A stretch of DNA of 64,000 nt from the human T2T-CHM13v2.0 reference genome, Homo sapiens, in the NCBI GenBank assembly GCA_009914755.4, contig CP068257.2, forward strand, positions 44,832,001-44,896,000, in the 5' to 3' direction. Position 1 is the stretch's first letter. Each line of letters opens with the position of its first letter. The translations under genes and the position numbers were made by a program. The notes below the pieces were generated by a model, which worked only from the letters and a program-made list of their open reading frames with translations, searched no databases and was not told the origin of the DNA. Of the stretch, positions 30,417-44,853 are shown in pieces.

Positions 30417-30777
30417 TCAATCTAACTAACTGCCGTGTGGTATTATCTTATATGGTTATACCATGTTGTGGTAGTTTTTTTCTCCCAAGTGTATTTTTGA
30501 AACAAATAGAGGATGAGCAATCTACAGAGTTGGCATCAGCATGACTCCACAGTCCTCTTGGAGAAGAGTGCCCGAGGAAGGCGCAGGGCACTAGCCCAGA
30601 AGCACAGATAGAGACTAGCATGGGGAAGAGCTCAGGAAAAGGAGGGAAATGGAGAGAGCCATCAGACAGGGTAGTAAGTGTAGGAGTCAATGTGTGCTCA
30701 ATATAGAGGAAGCAGATCTAGGGTGTTCAAGGCAGATTTGGGATGAATCTCAAGTCTTCTAGTCATAGCATCACTCT

Positions 30778-31081
30778 ATTTTTTTTTTTTTTTTTGGAGA
30801 CAGAGTCTCACTCTATTGCCCAGGCTGGAGTGGTGGAGTGGTACAATCTTGGCTCACTGCAACCTCCACGTCCTGGGTTCAAGTGATTCTCCAGTCTCAG
30901 CCTCCCCAGTAGCGAGATTACAGGTGTGTGCCACCATGCCAGGTTAATTTCTGTATTTTTTATTAGAGATGGGGTTTCACCATGTTGGCCACCATGGTCT
31001 CAAACTCCTGACCTCAAATGATCTGCCTGCCTTGGCCTTCCAAAGTGCTGAGATTACAGGCGTGAGCCACTGCACCCAGCT
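30778..31081 (-). mobile_element. Alu; 14-bp TSD 'catagcatcactct' / 'cgtagcatcgctct'
   Basis: T16 plus 'ggagacagagtctcactctattgcccaggctggagtggtggagtggtacaatcttggctcactgcaacctcc'. The two TSD copies differ only at CpG/CpA positions. Confidence 0.9.
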
Positions 31082-31347
31082 CGTAGCATCGCTCTTAATC
31101 TGGAAGTTGACGTACCCCTGCTAGGCCGTGGATATGTAAAAAGGATCATTTAATTTCTCTGTGCATCTGTCTTCAAGTTTTACACTGGTCAGGTATGGAT
31201 CACTCCTCGTTTTCTTGCCTCCTCCTGCTCTTCCTCTGTGTGGGCACCTCCAGTAGGACCGGTCCGATTGTTTGGGTAAATCTAGCAACATTGACTTAAG
31301 CTTACTCCTCCCATGGTAAGTCAAGGAAGCACGTGCCCTTTTTCCTA

Positions 31348-32035
<688 letters not shown>

Positions 32036-32292
32036 ATCTTTCACATTTAGATGCGTAATTCACCTGGAATTTAATTTCATGCGTGGTGTGAGGGAAGAGT
32101 GATTTCATTTCTATTGCAGTTGGGTAATCAGTTGACTCAGAACATTTGGAAGAGGCTATCCTTCCCCTGCTGCTTCGGACTGATTTCTGCTGTGTTGTTC
32201 TACTTGTTTATCTTAGCACCTGCTCCATTCTGTCTTCATATCTGGTAAAGTCTGCCCTTTTAATTTTATTTTGTTTTTCAAGCTTGATTTAG

Positions 32293-32731
<439 letters not shown>

Positions 32732-33684
32732 TGAGTCTTCAGATTCATGAATGTGGTATATCCTTTCATTTCTTTAGGTCTTTAATTTATCTCAGTAATG
32801 TTTTTATAATGTTGTTAGTTTCTGGGTAGTGGTCTTGCACACCTTTCATTAAATTTATTCCTGGATTTGAGATACAGTATTTTTCAGTCCTAGAATTTAT
32901 GTTTTTTTTTTTAAATTCACAATCCTGCTTTTTAATTCCCTAAACATATTGATTATGGTTATTCTAAAGTTCCATTTTCTATAGCTTTCTATTATTGTTT
33001 CTCATGGATTTTAGTCATAGTTTCTTGCTGCCATATGTGCCTAATTACTTCTGATCAAATGCCAGACATTGTCTATATAGTGATCATTTGTGACTACAAA
33101 GGGCTTACTTTTGCATCTGGTAGGTAGATAGGTTGGGAATAGATGCAGTCCAAGATCACTTTAATCTATATAGAGAGAAAGTGATTTGAAACTGGCTCCA
33201 GTCCTTATGAGTGCTGCTCTATTTTTAGTTCATACCCAAGGTGTGGTCCTTCTGAGTCCCAACAAACAACCTGGGATGCTTTCCAGGGCACCTCGTCCGT
33301 GATGAGCTCCTGCCTCTCTGAGTCTGTCCAAGTTCCACTCAGTTCAGCTACTTGGTGATTACTTTTTGACTTCACTTGGCCCTCAGTTCTTCACTTCTGT
33401 AATGTCTTCAGATTTAAAGAAAAACTTTAATGTGATCTTTTTAGTTGTTCCCATTGGAAGAGTTGGTCTGAGTGCTATAATTTTGTCAGTGCCATAAATG
33501 GAGTTCCTATGTGTGTGTATGTATTCAGTTTAATGAACATATTTTTCATATTTTATTAAAAACTGAGATAAAATATTTACTACACATTTAAAAAGCCCGC
33601 TTTTAATTACAAATGAATGAGACAGTGGACATTCAAACACTGCTGTGGAAGCATATCTATACTCTTCAGCGTTAAGCATAATAA

Positions 33685-33985
<301 letters not shown>

Positions 33986-34264
33986 GCATAAATAATTTAA
34001 ATTGCAGTCAGATAGGCTCTACTTTTGTGTATTAGATCTGTATATTTAAGACCCCTGTGTTTGGAAACTTTAAGGCTTGGAAAGTGAAATCTCTACGTGC
34101 TTATATTAAGAACGACTGTTACCAGTGAATGGTGCCACCGTGCAAAATATTACTCTTCACAGATTTTCCTCACCTTTTGTTCTGTGTCACGAGCTTGGAG
34201 ACTGCCTGTATTTTTTTTTTTTTTTTGTGGCATCTGTTTTCAAGTTTTATTATGGTCAGGTATT

Positions 34265-34622
34265 GTATTAGTCTGTTCTCATGCTGCTAACAAACACATA
34301 ACCGAGACTTGGTAATTTATAAAGGAAAGAGGTTTAATGGACACACAGTTCCACATGGCTGGGGAGGCCTCACAATCATGGCAGAAGATGAAGAAAGCAA
34401 AGGGACGTCCTACGTGGTGGCAGGCAAGAGGGTGTGTGCAGGGGAACTGTCCTTTTATAAAACCATCAGATCTTGTGAGACTTACTATCCGGAGAACAGC
34501 ATGGGGAAAAACCTGCCGCCGTGATTCAGTTACCTCCCACTGGGTCCCTCCCATGACACGTGGGGATTATTACAATTCAAAGTGAGATTTGAGTGGGGAG
34601 GACACAGAGCCAGACCATATCA
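34265..34622 (-). mobile_element. MaLR LTR, THE1-like, complete in reverse orientation
   Basis: 'tgtattagtctgttctcatgctgctaacaaacacataaccgagacttggtaatttataaaggaaagaggtttaatggacacacagttccacatggctggggaggcctcacaatcatggcagaag' through to 'gagtggggaggacacagagccagaccatatca'. This is the reverse complement of the THE1 consensus end and start as I recall them. Confidence 0.65.
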
Positions 34623-35114
34623 GGTGTGGATCATCCCTCATTTTATTGTTTCCTCCTGCTCTGTGTCGGCACCTCCAGTAGGACCTGTCTAGTCGTGGCA
34701 GCTGTGGGCTTTCCCAGCTGCCATGGCACAGAGACCTTGCCTTGGGATCCTGGGTAAGCTTGTGTGGCCCAAGTTGGGACCTAGTGGACTCTTTGGACCC
34801 GTTCTTTGGCAGCAAGGGAAAGGCCAATACCTTTCCAAAGGAATAAACACTGGCAGCTGTGTCCAGCTCACTTGGGTCCAAGGTCTCTGGTGTGTATCTG
34901 ATTTCTGGCTGGTGCCCACCTTGGAGGCGGTAAAAGTGACCTGACCAAAGGCAGACTGTACTGTACTGGATTGGAACCTGCCGGGCCCTTGGGGCTCCCA
35001 GCCATTGTGTCATGCCCTGTTGGGGTGCTTCTTCCTTAGCCACACTTGGTCCATTGTGGAGTCACCCAGCTGCTAACTGCCTGAAGTACTTCTTTGTCAG
35101 ACACTCCTTTCAGA

Positions 35115-35225
35115 CTCCGGAAAGCTGATTTGCTTGAGCCCAGAAGTTGGAGGCTGCAGTAAGCTATGCCACTGCACTCCAGCCTAGGTGGCAGAGCGAG
35201 ACCCTGACTCTAAAACATAATAAAA
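35115..35225 (+). mobile_element. Alu 3' fragment
   Basis: 'cttgagcccagaagttggaggctgcagtaagctatgccactgcactccagcctaggtggcagagcgagaccctgactc'. Confidence 0.7.
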
Positions 35226-35339
35226 GACCAAAAAAGAAAAAGAACAGCACCATCATCCCCAAACACTCCTCATATTATCCCTTTGCAGTCTCCCGGTCCC
35301 CCAGCTGATCTATTCCCTATCCTTATGGGTTTATCTTTT

Positions 35340-35880
35340 CCGAAATGTCATATAAATGGAATCATATAGCATGTATTTCGAGAATGGCTTTCTTCTTTCA
35401 GCGTAATGTATTTTGAAATTTATTCACACTTTTGCAAGTATCAATAGTCTGTTCCTCTTTATTGCTGAGTAGTTTTCCATAGTATGGTTACGTCACAGTC
35501 TCTTCATTCACTTGACATCTGGGTTGTTTCTAGTTTTTTGGTGATTAAGAATAAAGTGGCTATAAACAATTGTGTACAGGTTTTTATGTGAACACAAGTT
35601 TTTACTTCTCTAGGGTAGATAATCAAGTGGAATTGCTGGGTCGTCTGGTGAGTGTTTGCTTTACTGTATAAAGAACTTCCACACTGTTTTCCAGAGTGGC
35701 TATACCATTTTGCATGCCCATCAGCAATATATGAGTTTCTATTGCTTCACAGTCTTTGTCAGCACTTGACATTGTCAGTATTTTTAAAGCTTTAGCTGTT
35801 TGAATAGGCATATAGTGGTATCTCATTATGGTTTTGTGTTTCCTAACAGAAGGAAAATGATAACAGTGGAAATCAGTGAA
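35340..35880 (+). mobile_element. LINE-1 (old L1) ORF2 C-terminal region fragment
   Basis: 'ttgctgagtagttttccatagtatggttacgtcacagtctcttcattcacttgacatctgggttgtttctagttttttggtgattaagaataaagtggctataaacaattgtgtacaggtttttatgtgaacacaagtttttacttctctagggtagataatcaagtggaattgctgggtcgt...ctgttttccagagtggctataccattttgcatgcccatcagcaatatatgag...ggtatctcattatggttttgtgtttcc' resembles the L1 consensus segment as I recall it. Confidence 0.5.
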
Positions 35881-35918
35881 ACTGAAAGCAGAAAAAACAA
35901 TAGGAAAAAATCAGTGGG

Positions 35919-36225
35919 GCCAGGTGCAGTGGCTCACACCTGTAATCCCAGCACTTTGGGAGGCTGAGACGGGTGGATCACTTGAGGTCAGGAGTTCTAG
36001 ACCAGCCTGGCTAACATGGTGAAACCCCATCTCTACTAAAAATACAAAAATTAGCCAGGCGTGGTGGTGCATGCCTGTAATCCCAGCTATTCCAGAGGCT
36101 GAGGCAGGAGAATCACTTGAACCCAGGAGGCAGAGGTTGCAGTGAGCCAGTTGTGCCACTGCATTCCATCCTGGGTGACAGAGCAAAACTCCGTCTCAAA
36201 AAAACAAAAACAAAAACAAAAAACA
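35919..36225 (+). mobile_element. Alu with an (AAAAAC)n-type tail
   Basis: 'ggccaggtgcagtggctcacacctgtaatcccagcactttgggaggctgagacggg' through to 'gagcaaaactccgtctcaaaaaaacaaaaacaaaaacaaaaaac'. Confidence 0.9.
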
Positions 36226-38903
36226 GTAGAACCAATACCTGGTTCTTTGAAAAGATAATAAATTTGATAAACCTCTAACAAGACCGACAGTGAGAAAATA
36301 CCAAAGACACAAATTACCAGTCAGGAATGAAAGAGGCCAATCTCTATAGACTGCACAGACATTAAAGCATGATAAGGGAGTACTATGAACAACTGTATCC
36401 ATATCTGGTCATATGCCCAGTAGATGTTTCGGGCAACGATGGACCACATATACAACAGTGGCTCCATGAGATCATGATAAAGCTAAAAATTCTTACCACC
36501 TAGTGACCTTGTAGCCATTGTAACACAACACATTACTCACGTGTTTGTGGTGATGCTGGTGTAAACAAACCTGCTGTGCTGCCAGTCTTAAAAATCTAAT
36601 CCATATAATTAGGTACTGTACATAATACTTGGTAATGATAAATGAATGTTACTGGTTTATGTATTTACTGTACAATTTATTGTTATTTTAGAGTATATTC
36701 CTATTATATTTTAAAAATGTTAACTGTCAAACAGCCTCAGGCAGACCCTTCGTGAGCTATTTGAGAAGGCTTTGTCATTATAGGAAGTGTCAGCTTCCAT
36801 GCATGTTATTACCCTTGTGCACTACTCATCTTTGTTCCTGTGACCTGTAGGGGTAGTTGAGTGCTTTTGAGAATGGGTTTTTAGAAATTGTGTTGCCGAG
36901 TGAAGGACTTGGTGATATTACTAGGGATTTGGCATCTGTGATCCTAAGTGAGATTCTTCTGCAGCAGTGGAGTTCAGCCAGAGCCATATTCCGTACCTCT
37001 GTGATGCAGATTAATTGCCTCTCCTACACACATGCACATTTGAAAATTACTGCCTTGTAAACCTTAAAAAGTTGTGCACAAGTTGAAATTTAATAAGTGA
37101 AATTGTACAGTTATATCCTGAACCTGATGAGGATTGTCACTGCAGCACTGAGCATGTTGGTGTGGGTGGTGGCTGGCTGTGGACCTGGGAGTGTGCAGTG
37201 ATGGAGTGAGGGGGTGAACAAGGATGACGTACTTCCAAGGGGTACCCGGGTCAGTGCAGTGAATCAGGTGTGCTCATTGCATTGAGGAAGGGTTGGTTTT
37301 AAAAATGGAAGGCTTAGGGAAGAAAATAGTGATTTATAATATGATGCCATTCGGGTCAATTAAAAGTACACAGACACAAAGCAACATGCATTCTGCAGAA
37401 TATATTCTAAAAGACACTATAAAAAAGTTTCTAAAAGACACTATAGAAAGAAGCTATAAGAAAATATGTCTAAAAGACACTAAATGCAAAAAAAAAAAAG
37501 TCTGAAGAGATGGAACACAGTGGGGACACAGGGAATAAATAAATGGAAGGACAGGCAGATAAGCATGAGAGGCTTGGGAGGAGCCAAGTGAGCTCTTAAA
37601 GCAGAGGCTCTGTGCAGAGGGCAGGGCTTGGGCGCAGTGCAGGGTGGAGTAGGTGGGGAGGTTGTGGTAGGCTGGTGTGGACCAGAGCAGCTGCTTGGCC
37701 CACAGGCCGTGGCTCAGGCTCTTCTTCTGTAGGATGGCATATTAATGCCTACCCAGAGGCTTCCACTGAGGCTTAACTTAGATGTCAGATATTCAACGGT
37801 GTCAGTCTGTTCACACAACAAATCCTACAATAAAAAATACATCTAAAGGAAATACTCAATTATGTACTCAATAAATGACATCAGCCTGTGTCTTCTGATT
37901 CACAGCAGCCTTACTGCTTTGCTTGCTTGTTTTGAGAGAAGGGAGATCTTACAAAACACTAAAAACTCTACCATGTTCACCCAGAGGACAAGCTAATCAT
38001 GAGAATTGTAATATGTATTTCTGGTCTAAATAAAGTCTTCACATCACACATCCCCTGTTAGAACTTCCAGGTATGTGTAGGAAACCAAATAGTGTGCTTA
38101 CATTAAGAAGTGTTGTCATGATGGTGCATTTCCTACCTCATTCCTAGGTGGTTTAATTTGTTTTCAGGCTGTTTTTCCTTATGATAATTTACTGGAACAG
38201 CCGTCCTTTTTCCTCCTTTCCCAAGGACACCCCTTGGCCTGGGACGGCTTGTGTCCCATGGGTCCCTTATTGCAATACTTGTGAAACTTGAACCTGCACA
38301 GGAGTTACTGGAGGATCTTGATAAAGTGCGGATTTGGATTCTGTCAGTTTGGGATATGGCCTTAGAGTTTGCATTTTTGGCAAGCTCCCAGGGGATGGTG
38401 ATCACAATTTTTAAAATTTGAAGTGTTATTTACACACAGTAAAATTCACCCTTACTCTTCTACAGTGGTACAGATTTTTGACAAACGCATATGCTCATGT
38501 AACCACCACTACACTCCCAACGTAGAACAGTTTCACCACCCTCAAAATTCTCTTGTCTTTTCCTCACTCCCAGCCCCTGGCAACCACTATCTGTATCTGA
38601 CGCTATGGTTGTATCTTTTCCAGAATGTCATAAAAGTTGAGTATTCAGTAGCCTTTTGAGTCTGGCTTCTTTCACTCAGCAGCATGCATGTGAGATCTAT
38701 CCAAATTGCTGTGTGTATCAGTAGTTTGTTCCTTTTTTATTGCTGAGTGGTATTCCATTTTATGGGTCCATTATAGTTTATTTGTCCAGACACTTCATGG
38801 AAGGACATCAGTGTTTCCAGTTTTTCAATCATAAATTGATGTTTAATTTTAAAATTTTGGAATTGTAGAAGAAATGCAATTCTTTTTTCCATTGTTGTTT
38901 TAG

Positions 38904-38975
38904 GTGACATCACTCAAAAAGGATATGAAAAGAAAAGGGCAAAGCTGCTTGCACGTTATATACCGCTTATTCAAG
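38904..38975 (+). CDS. DIP2A: DIP2A coding exon 2 (72 nt): (G)DITQKGYEKKRAKLLARYIPLIQ
   Basis: Acceptor 'ttgttgttttag|gtgac'; donor 'caag|gtaagg'. Phase 1 in and phase 1 out. The GDITQKGYEKKR motif is conserved across DIP2 proteins. Confidence 0.8.
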
Positions 38976-39384
38976 GTAAGGTCAATACACTCAGGTGTTA
39001 CATAGCAATTATATTGTTTCATAACATGTGATTTTTAAATTGTTTTTAGAGTTTAACATTTGTTAGCAATGTTAAACCAACTTTAAACACTGGTATATGT
39101 TGATTATTGATTGAGACAGGGTCTCGCTGTGTTGCCCAGGCTGGTCTTGAAAAATATGCCTCTAATATTAAATAATAAAATCCAAAGGCATAGATTATAA
39201 TTTAAAGCTCTGGCTTGATACAGATCTCAGATCTCATTCCCAAAGAGGATTTATTTTATTTTTATGATTATGAACAACCTGGCACAATTCTTACTAGGGC
39301 TAGAGCATCTATTGTAAAGATGTCGGTTCTTCCCACATTAGATTGATTTGTAGATTCAGTGCATTCATCATTTCAATAGGTTTT

Positions 39385-39404
39385 GTGTGTGTGTGTGTGT
39401 GTGT
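39385..39404. repeat. (TG)10 microsatellite
   Basis: 'tgtgtgtgtgtgtgtgtgtg' between exons 2 and 3. Confidence 0.9.
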
Positions 39405-39944
39405 AACTTAACGAGTTAGTTCTAAAATGTATATCCAAGTATAAAAGGTCAAGAGACCCAAAATATTTTCAAAAAAGAATGAGGTGAGAGGATTGGCCCA
39501 ACCAGGATATGAAGAGTTATTATTAAAGCCGTTGTCACTAAGACAGACTGGACAGCTCAGACAAATGCATATGTGTGCGGACTTTGCACATGGGAATGGT
39601 GGTGTGGCAGGCATGGTGCTGGCATAGTTCTTTATCCATATATGAAACACATGACATTGGAGACAAAAATCGGTTCCAGATGTATTAGGCCTAAATGTGA
39701 AAGGTCTTTAAAGCCTTTAGAAAATCTTACAGGAAGATTGTTGCCATCTCAAGATAGGAAGGATTTTTTGATGTCACTAAAGGTACCAAAAAGCAGGAAC
39801 CATAAAGGAAAGGATTGATTAATTGGACCACATTAAAATTAAGAACTTCTTTTTTTCAAACGTCATCATAAAGAGATTGCAAAGACAAACTACAGAGTGT
39901 GAGAAGATAGTTGTAACACAAATAAGAAGTAGTATCCAGAGGCC

Positions 39945-40240
<296 letters not shown>

Positions 40241-40365
40241 AAGAACTAGTATCCAGAATGTACCGAGCAGTGCTGTCCAGTAGAACTTCTTGCAGTAACG
40301 GACATGTTCTCTGACTGCATTGTCCAGTATATGAAACACCAGCCATGTATGATGATTGCACATAA

Positions 40366-40638
<273 letters not shown>

Positions 40639-40639
40639 A

Positions 40640-43060
40640 ATTTAATTAGTTTAAACTTAATAGCCAGAAAGTCTCCCAACATGATAAGAAAAGTCTAGTA
40701 GAGAAATGGATGAAGATTCAAATAGGTTATTTCATAAGAGGAAATCCAAATAGCCAATGAGCAAATGTAAAGATGTTTAACCTCACTAGTAATCAGAGCA
40801 ATGCACATTGTAACCACAGCCATCTGTCCTGTTGGAGAGGATTCAATCAGTAGGATGCAGGCAGCTAGTATTACATAGTAAAGTTGAAGAGGTGCAGCAG
40901 TTCTTCAGGTACATATTTGCCCTAGAGAAACTCCTATTTGTTTGCACCTTATTCTCTTGTACAAAAATGTTCATTATATCTGTAAACTGCCAAGAACTCA
41001 AATACCCATCAACAGAATTCATACAGCGGAAAGCTAAAGACCTACATGCATCAGCAAGAATGAATCTTGTAAACATCGTGAGGATGAAGGAAGCAATTAC
41101 AAAGGCATATAGCCAATACAAGCTTAAAAAAAGACGCCAAACCGATCTGTTAATATTTAGAGAGCTGGTGTAGTGAGTCCAGAAAGAGAAGGAAATGGTT
41201 TTCACAGAAGCCAGCACACCATTTCCTCATGGAAGTTAAATTGGAGAGGGCCACAGGGACCCCTAAGGCACTGAGTGTTTTATTTCATAACCTATGTGGT
41301 GGTTACATTGATTGTTTCTTAATAATATTCTTAAACTGCATACATGCTTTGTATTGCCTATATTGGTATGATATATTTTATAACAGATCAACAACAACAA
41401 GAAGATTGACGAGGCTCTTTATATGCTGATATTTATTCACCCAAAATAAAAACAAACTCAGAGTAAAATTGGGATTGAAGGAAACTATTAAAATATCTCT
41501 AAAGCCCATTTGTCCAAAATCACCAGCAATCATCAAACTAAACAACCAGATACTGTAGCCATTTCCATTCCAAATGGGTAAACAGAAATGCTGGCCATGC
41601 CCGTTCTTATTACACATTATTTGGGTGGTCACAGCTGATGCAGTGCGATGGAAAACAAAGCAGAATAAATAAATATTAGAGAACAAAAGATAATCATCTT
41701 TAAATATAGGTGATATTATTTTATACCTCAAAAACTCATGTGACTGCTCATGTAACTATTAGTAAGTGATTTTGGTTTGATATGAAGATAGAAGGCAAAT
41801 ATGCGGCTTTTCTCTAGCAATATTTCTGTTTTCAAATATGAAAAAATCTTATTCATAATGAAAACAAACTGTCAAATGCTTATTAATGCATTTGGTAAGA
41901 AAGACAGAACCTAGGTTAGGATCGTAAAATCTATTTGAAAGAAATAACCAAGACCCTAATATATGAAGAAACATACCAGTTTCCTAACTGGAAAAACTTA
42001 ATACATCCTATAAAACTGGCAGATCTCAAGTTAGTGTGTGAACATAATGTAGTCCAGTCTGAATACCAGGCCTGAGGTTTTCCTAAACCTAGGATTGGAA
42101 GTGACCCATTAGAAGAGGCAAAGTTCTGAGAGTAGCCCATCAATTTTTGAAAAAGAACACTGGTGATAAAGGACTGGCATTTGAGTTACTAAACCTGATT
42201 GTATATGCTTTATAGTCACAACAGGAGGATGCCAGTGTACAGAGTACACGACCCAGTCAGTGGAAGAAAAGAAGTCCAGAAGTGATTTGAGAGGATATGA
42301 AGGAGGAAGGGTTAATTTAATAGCTGGTACTATCCTTCTGCAGGCAAGAACCCTCTTCCTCCTCCCCACCATTAGTGAACATAAACTTCAGAATAATTAA
42401 AGTTCTAAATATGTTTTTAATTATAAAAACATACAATTCAGGAGACTATTTGAACACCCCTTTGAGTAGGAATTGTCTTCATAGGCAAGATAGGAGACCT
42501 GGGAGCTAGAACAGAAAAGATGGACAGGTGCGATAGGCTCCCTAGAAATGAGAACATTTCAGAATGACTGAGCTGCTACTCGCCAGGCCACAGCTCTGTA
42601 TGTGTACACAGTTCAGGGTGTCCACAGCAGACAAGGAGTGAGGCTTCCTGGTCTTTTAGTGAGGGTCTTTAGTTGGGTAAAGTAGCAGAAATCCAAAGGA
42701 GAGGAAATGTGGATGGGCAATAAATATTAAATTATGTTCAACCTCAGTGGTAGATATGGAAATGCAAATTAAAGGGCACCATTTTTCTCTTATCACATTG
42801 GCAAAATTCTAGAACTTTTTATAACATCTAGTGCTGACAGAGAGTGGAGAAATGGCACTTTTCATACATTGCTTGTAGGAGTGTGAATTACTGTAACCTT
42901 TTTGGAAAGTTATCTCTTCATATCTGTTAAGTTAAAAATATATCTACTCCTTCATCCAATAATTTCACATTGGGTTTTGTATCTATCTTTGTTGAATAAA
43001 TGAATCTATCTCAAAGAATAAAAGGATGCATATTTTGGAATACAAGTGTAAGGAAGTCCG
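40640..43060 (+). mobile_element. Region dominated by old LINE-1 (L1M-type) 3' fragments, e.g. 40740-41180 and 42720-43060
   Basis: 'gcaaatgtaaagatgtttaacctcactagtaatcagagcaatgcacattgtaaccacag' and 'atgttcaacctcagtggtagatatggaaatgcaaattaaagggcaccatttttctcttatcacattggcaaaattctagaactttttataacatctagtgctgacagagagtggagaaatggcacttttcatacattgcttgtaggagtgtgaattactgtaacc' parallel the L1 3'-end consensus blocks as I recall them ('cctcactagtaatcagagaaatgcaaattaaaaccacaatgag...ttgtgggaatgtaaattagtacaacc'). Confidence 0.45.
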
Positions 43061-43194
43061 TCTGTGTATATGTCACTTTACAGCATGCTTGTTTATCATC
43101 CATAAGGTGTAAGACTCTGTATTGTCCGTTGTGAACTTTAAAGTTGTTTTATCCAGTCACAAAAAGCCAAAAGCCAGTAGGGATTCTGCTCATT

Positions 43195-43305
43195 ATGTAT
43201 TTTGTACATATATATACACACATCCAGACACACACAAACACACATGTGTGTGTGGGTGTGTGTGTGGATGTGTGTGTGGATGTATATGTACATATGTATG
43301 CTCAC
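43195..43305. repeat. Imperfect (CA)n followed by (TG)n mirror/quasi-palindromic purine-pyrimidine alternating tract
   Basis: 'acatatatatacacacatccagacacacacaaacacacatgtgtgtgtgggtgtgtgtgtggatgtgtgtgtggatgtatatgtacatatgtatg'. Confidence 0.85.
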
Positions 43306-44733
43306 ATTTTGAAGGGCTAATACTGATTTCTGTAGAGAGTGTTCCCATTCTCCAGTGCTGTATAACTGACCACCCCAAAATGTACACAGTACTTGAACAA
43401 CATCAGCAGCATCTGTTCTGCTCATAAATGTGCAGTGTAGGCCCAGCTCAAATGTTACCTTGTCCCTGTCCACAGAGCCAGAGCTGGGTGCTCAAGTCCT
43501 GGGCCAACATCCTGTGAGGGCTCCTCAGTCACAGCTGTGGCTGTTGGGGTGGGGAGACTCCTGCTGCCGAGCACCTGGCTCCCCACCCCTGCCTGTGTCT
43601 CCCTCTGTCCTCATGTGGCCCCTCCACTGGGGGGCTTAACACTCTAGACTTGGTGTGTGGTGTTGCACAGAGCCAGGTAGAGCCGTGTCGCCTTTCACGA
43701 CTAGCCTTGGAAGTCACACAGCATCACTTCTGCCACACTGCGCTTGTTGGGGCAGTCACTGACCTGCCCAGGTTTGAGGCAGCGTGGACTCTGCCTCTTC
43801 AGGGAGTGGTAAGGGCTGGAGGAGCCAGCGGGACTGCAATTCCTGCTGGCCAATTTTATGAAACATTTTGAAACAAAGGCTAAAGCTAAATGCATATTTT
43901 TGTTGAAGCACAGCTGCAGGTTTTGCTTTGTGCTGTCTGCAAATGTCAGCAAATTGGGTTCAAATGATACAGGGATTTTGTTCAGTGACTTGAACAACTG
44001 TTCCCCATTCCTTCGCTCACCGTAATGTGTCTTGAGGGCATCTGTGACCAGGGGACCACTGCCCAGAGAGTGGAGGTCCTGGTGAGGGAGTGTGGAGAGC
44101 AGCAGCGTGACCTTGATCTGCCCTGATTTGGAGGCGGAGCAAGTGGGTGGTGCGGCGAGGGCAGCTGGCCCGGCCTGAGCAGGTCCCAGCCTCTCAGCAC
44201 TTTGGGCCCTGACGCCATCTTTCTAATGCCCCTCTCGCTCTTGTTTTCTCTGACTTTTCACTTTTTTCCTGTTTGTATCAGAGGGCTACTGGTGGACCCC
44301 AGTGGTGGTCTGGTGAGCTGTTTCTCACTCAGGGTTTACCGACACTGTAGAACAATGCTGGGGACGAACAGCACGGACCATTTCAGACTTGGAAACGTAA
44401 TTCAGAAGTGGGCTTTGGGAGGGCTTTCTACCACGGCTCCCACCCCTGATGTGAGCTGCCATGTACTGTGCTGCCAAGGGTACAGGGCCAGCTGTTTGAT
44501 CATCACCCTTCATGCGGATGGTGAATGAGAGGCAGGGCTGGGTGATGTGGGGAGAGGAGAGCACGGAAGTGGATGTTGCCCTTAACCCACAGCATTTATG
44601 CGTCTATCACTGACTTCCAGATTAAAGGCTCTTTGATAGAGGGTATGCAACAGATGAGAAATGTAAGCTGTTTTCAATGGACTTTTTCATAATTGGAAAA
44701 GCAAATTGTTCACATAAGGTATTCCCATAAAAT

Positions 44734-44853
44734 TGTGTTTCAGGAATAGACCCATCTCTGCAAGCAGAGAATAGAATTCCTGGGCCCTCACAAACCACGG
44801 CCGCTGCACCCAAGCAGCAGAAGTCTCGGCCCACCGCCTCGAGGGATGAGCGC
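44734..44853 (+). CDS. DIP2A: DIP2A coding exon 3 (120 nt): (G)IDPSLQAENRIPGPSQTTAAAPKQQKSRPTASRDERFRS
   Basis: Acceptor 'tgtgtttcag|gaatag'; donor 'tcag|gtaggg'. The frame continues from exon 2 with no stop codon. Confidence 0.75.

Noticed and set aside
34570-35043. 157-aa ORF on the minus strand
   Set aside because: It overlaps a THE1-like LTR and flanking low-complexity sequence. It has no exon-like boundaries or known homology.
40832-41217. Overlapping 113-aa and 124-aa ORFs on opposite strands
   Set aside because: They fall in an old L1 3' fragment and are AT-rich. They are not conserved-looking and lie in opposite-strand overlap. They are an ORF-finder artefact.
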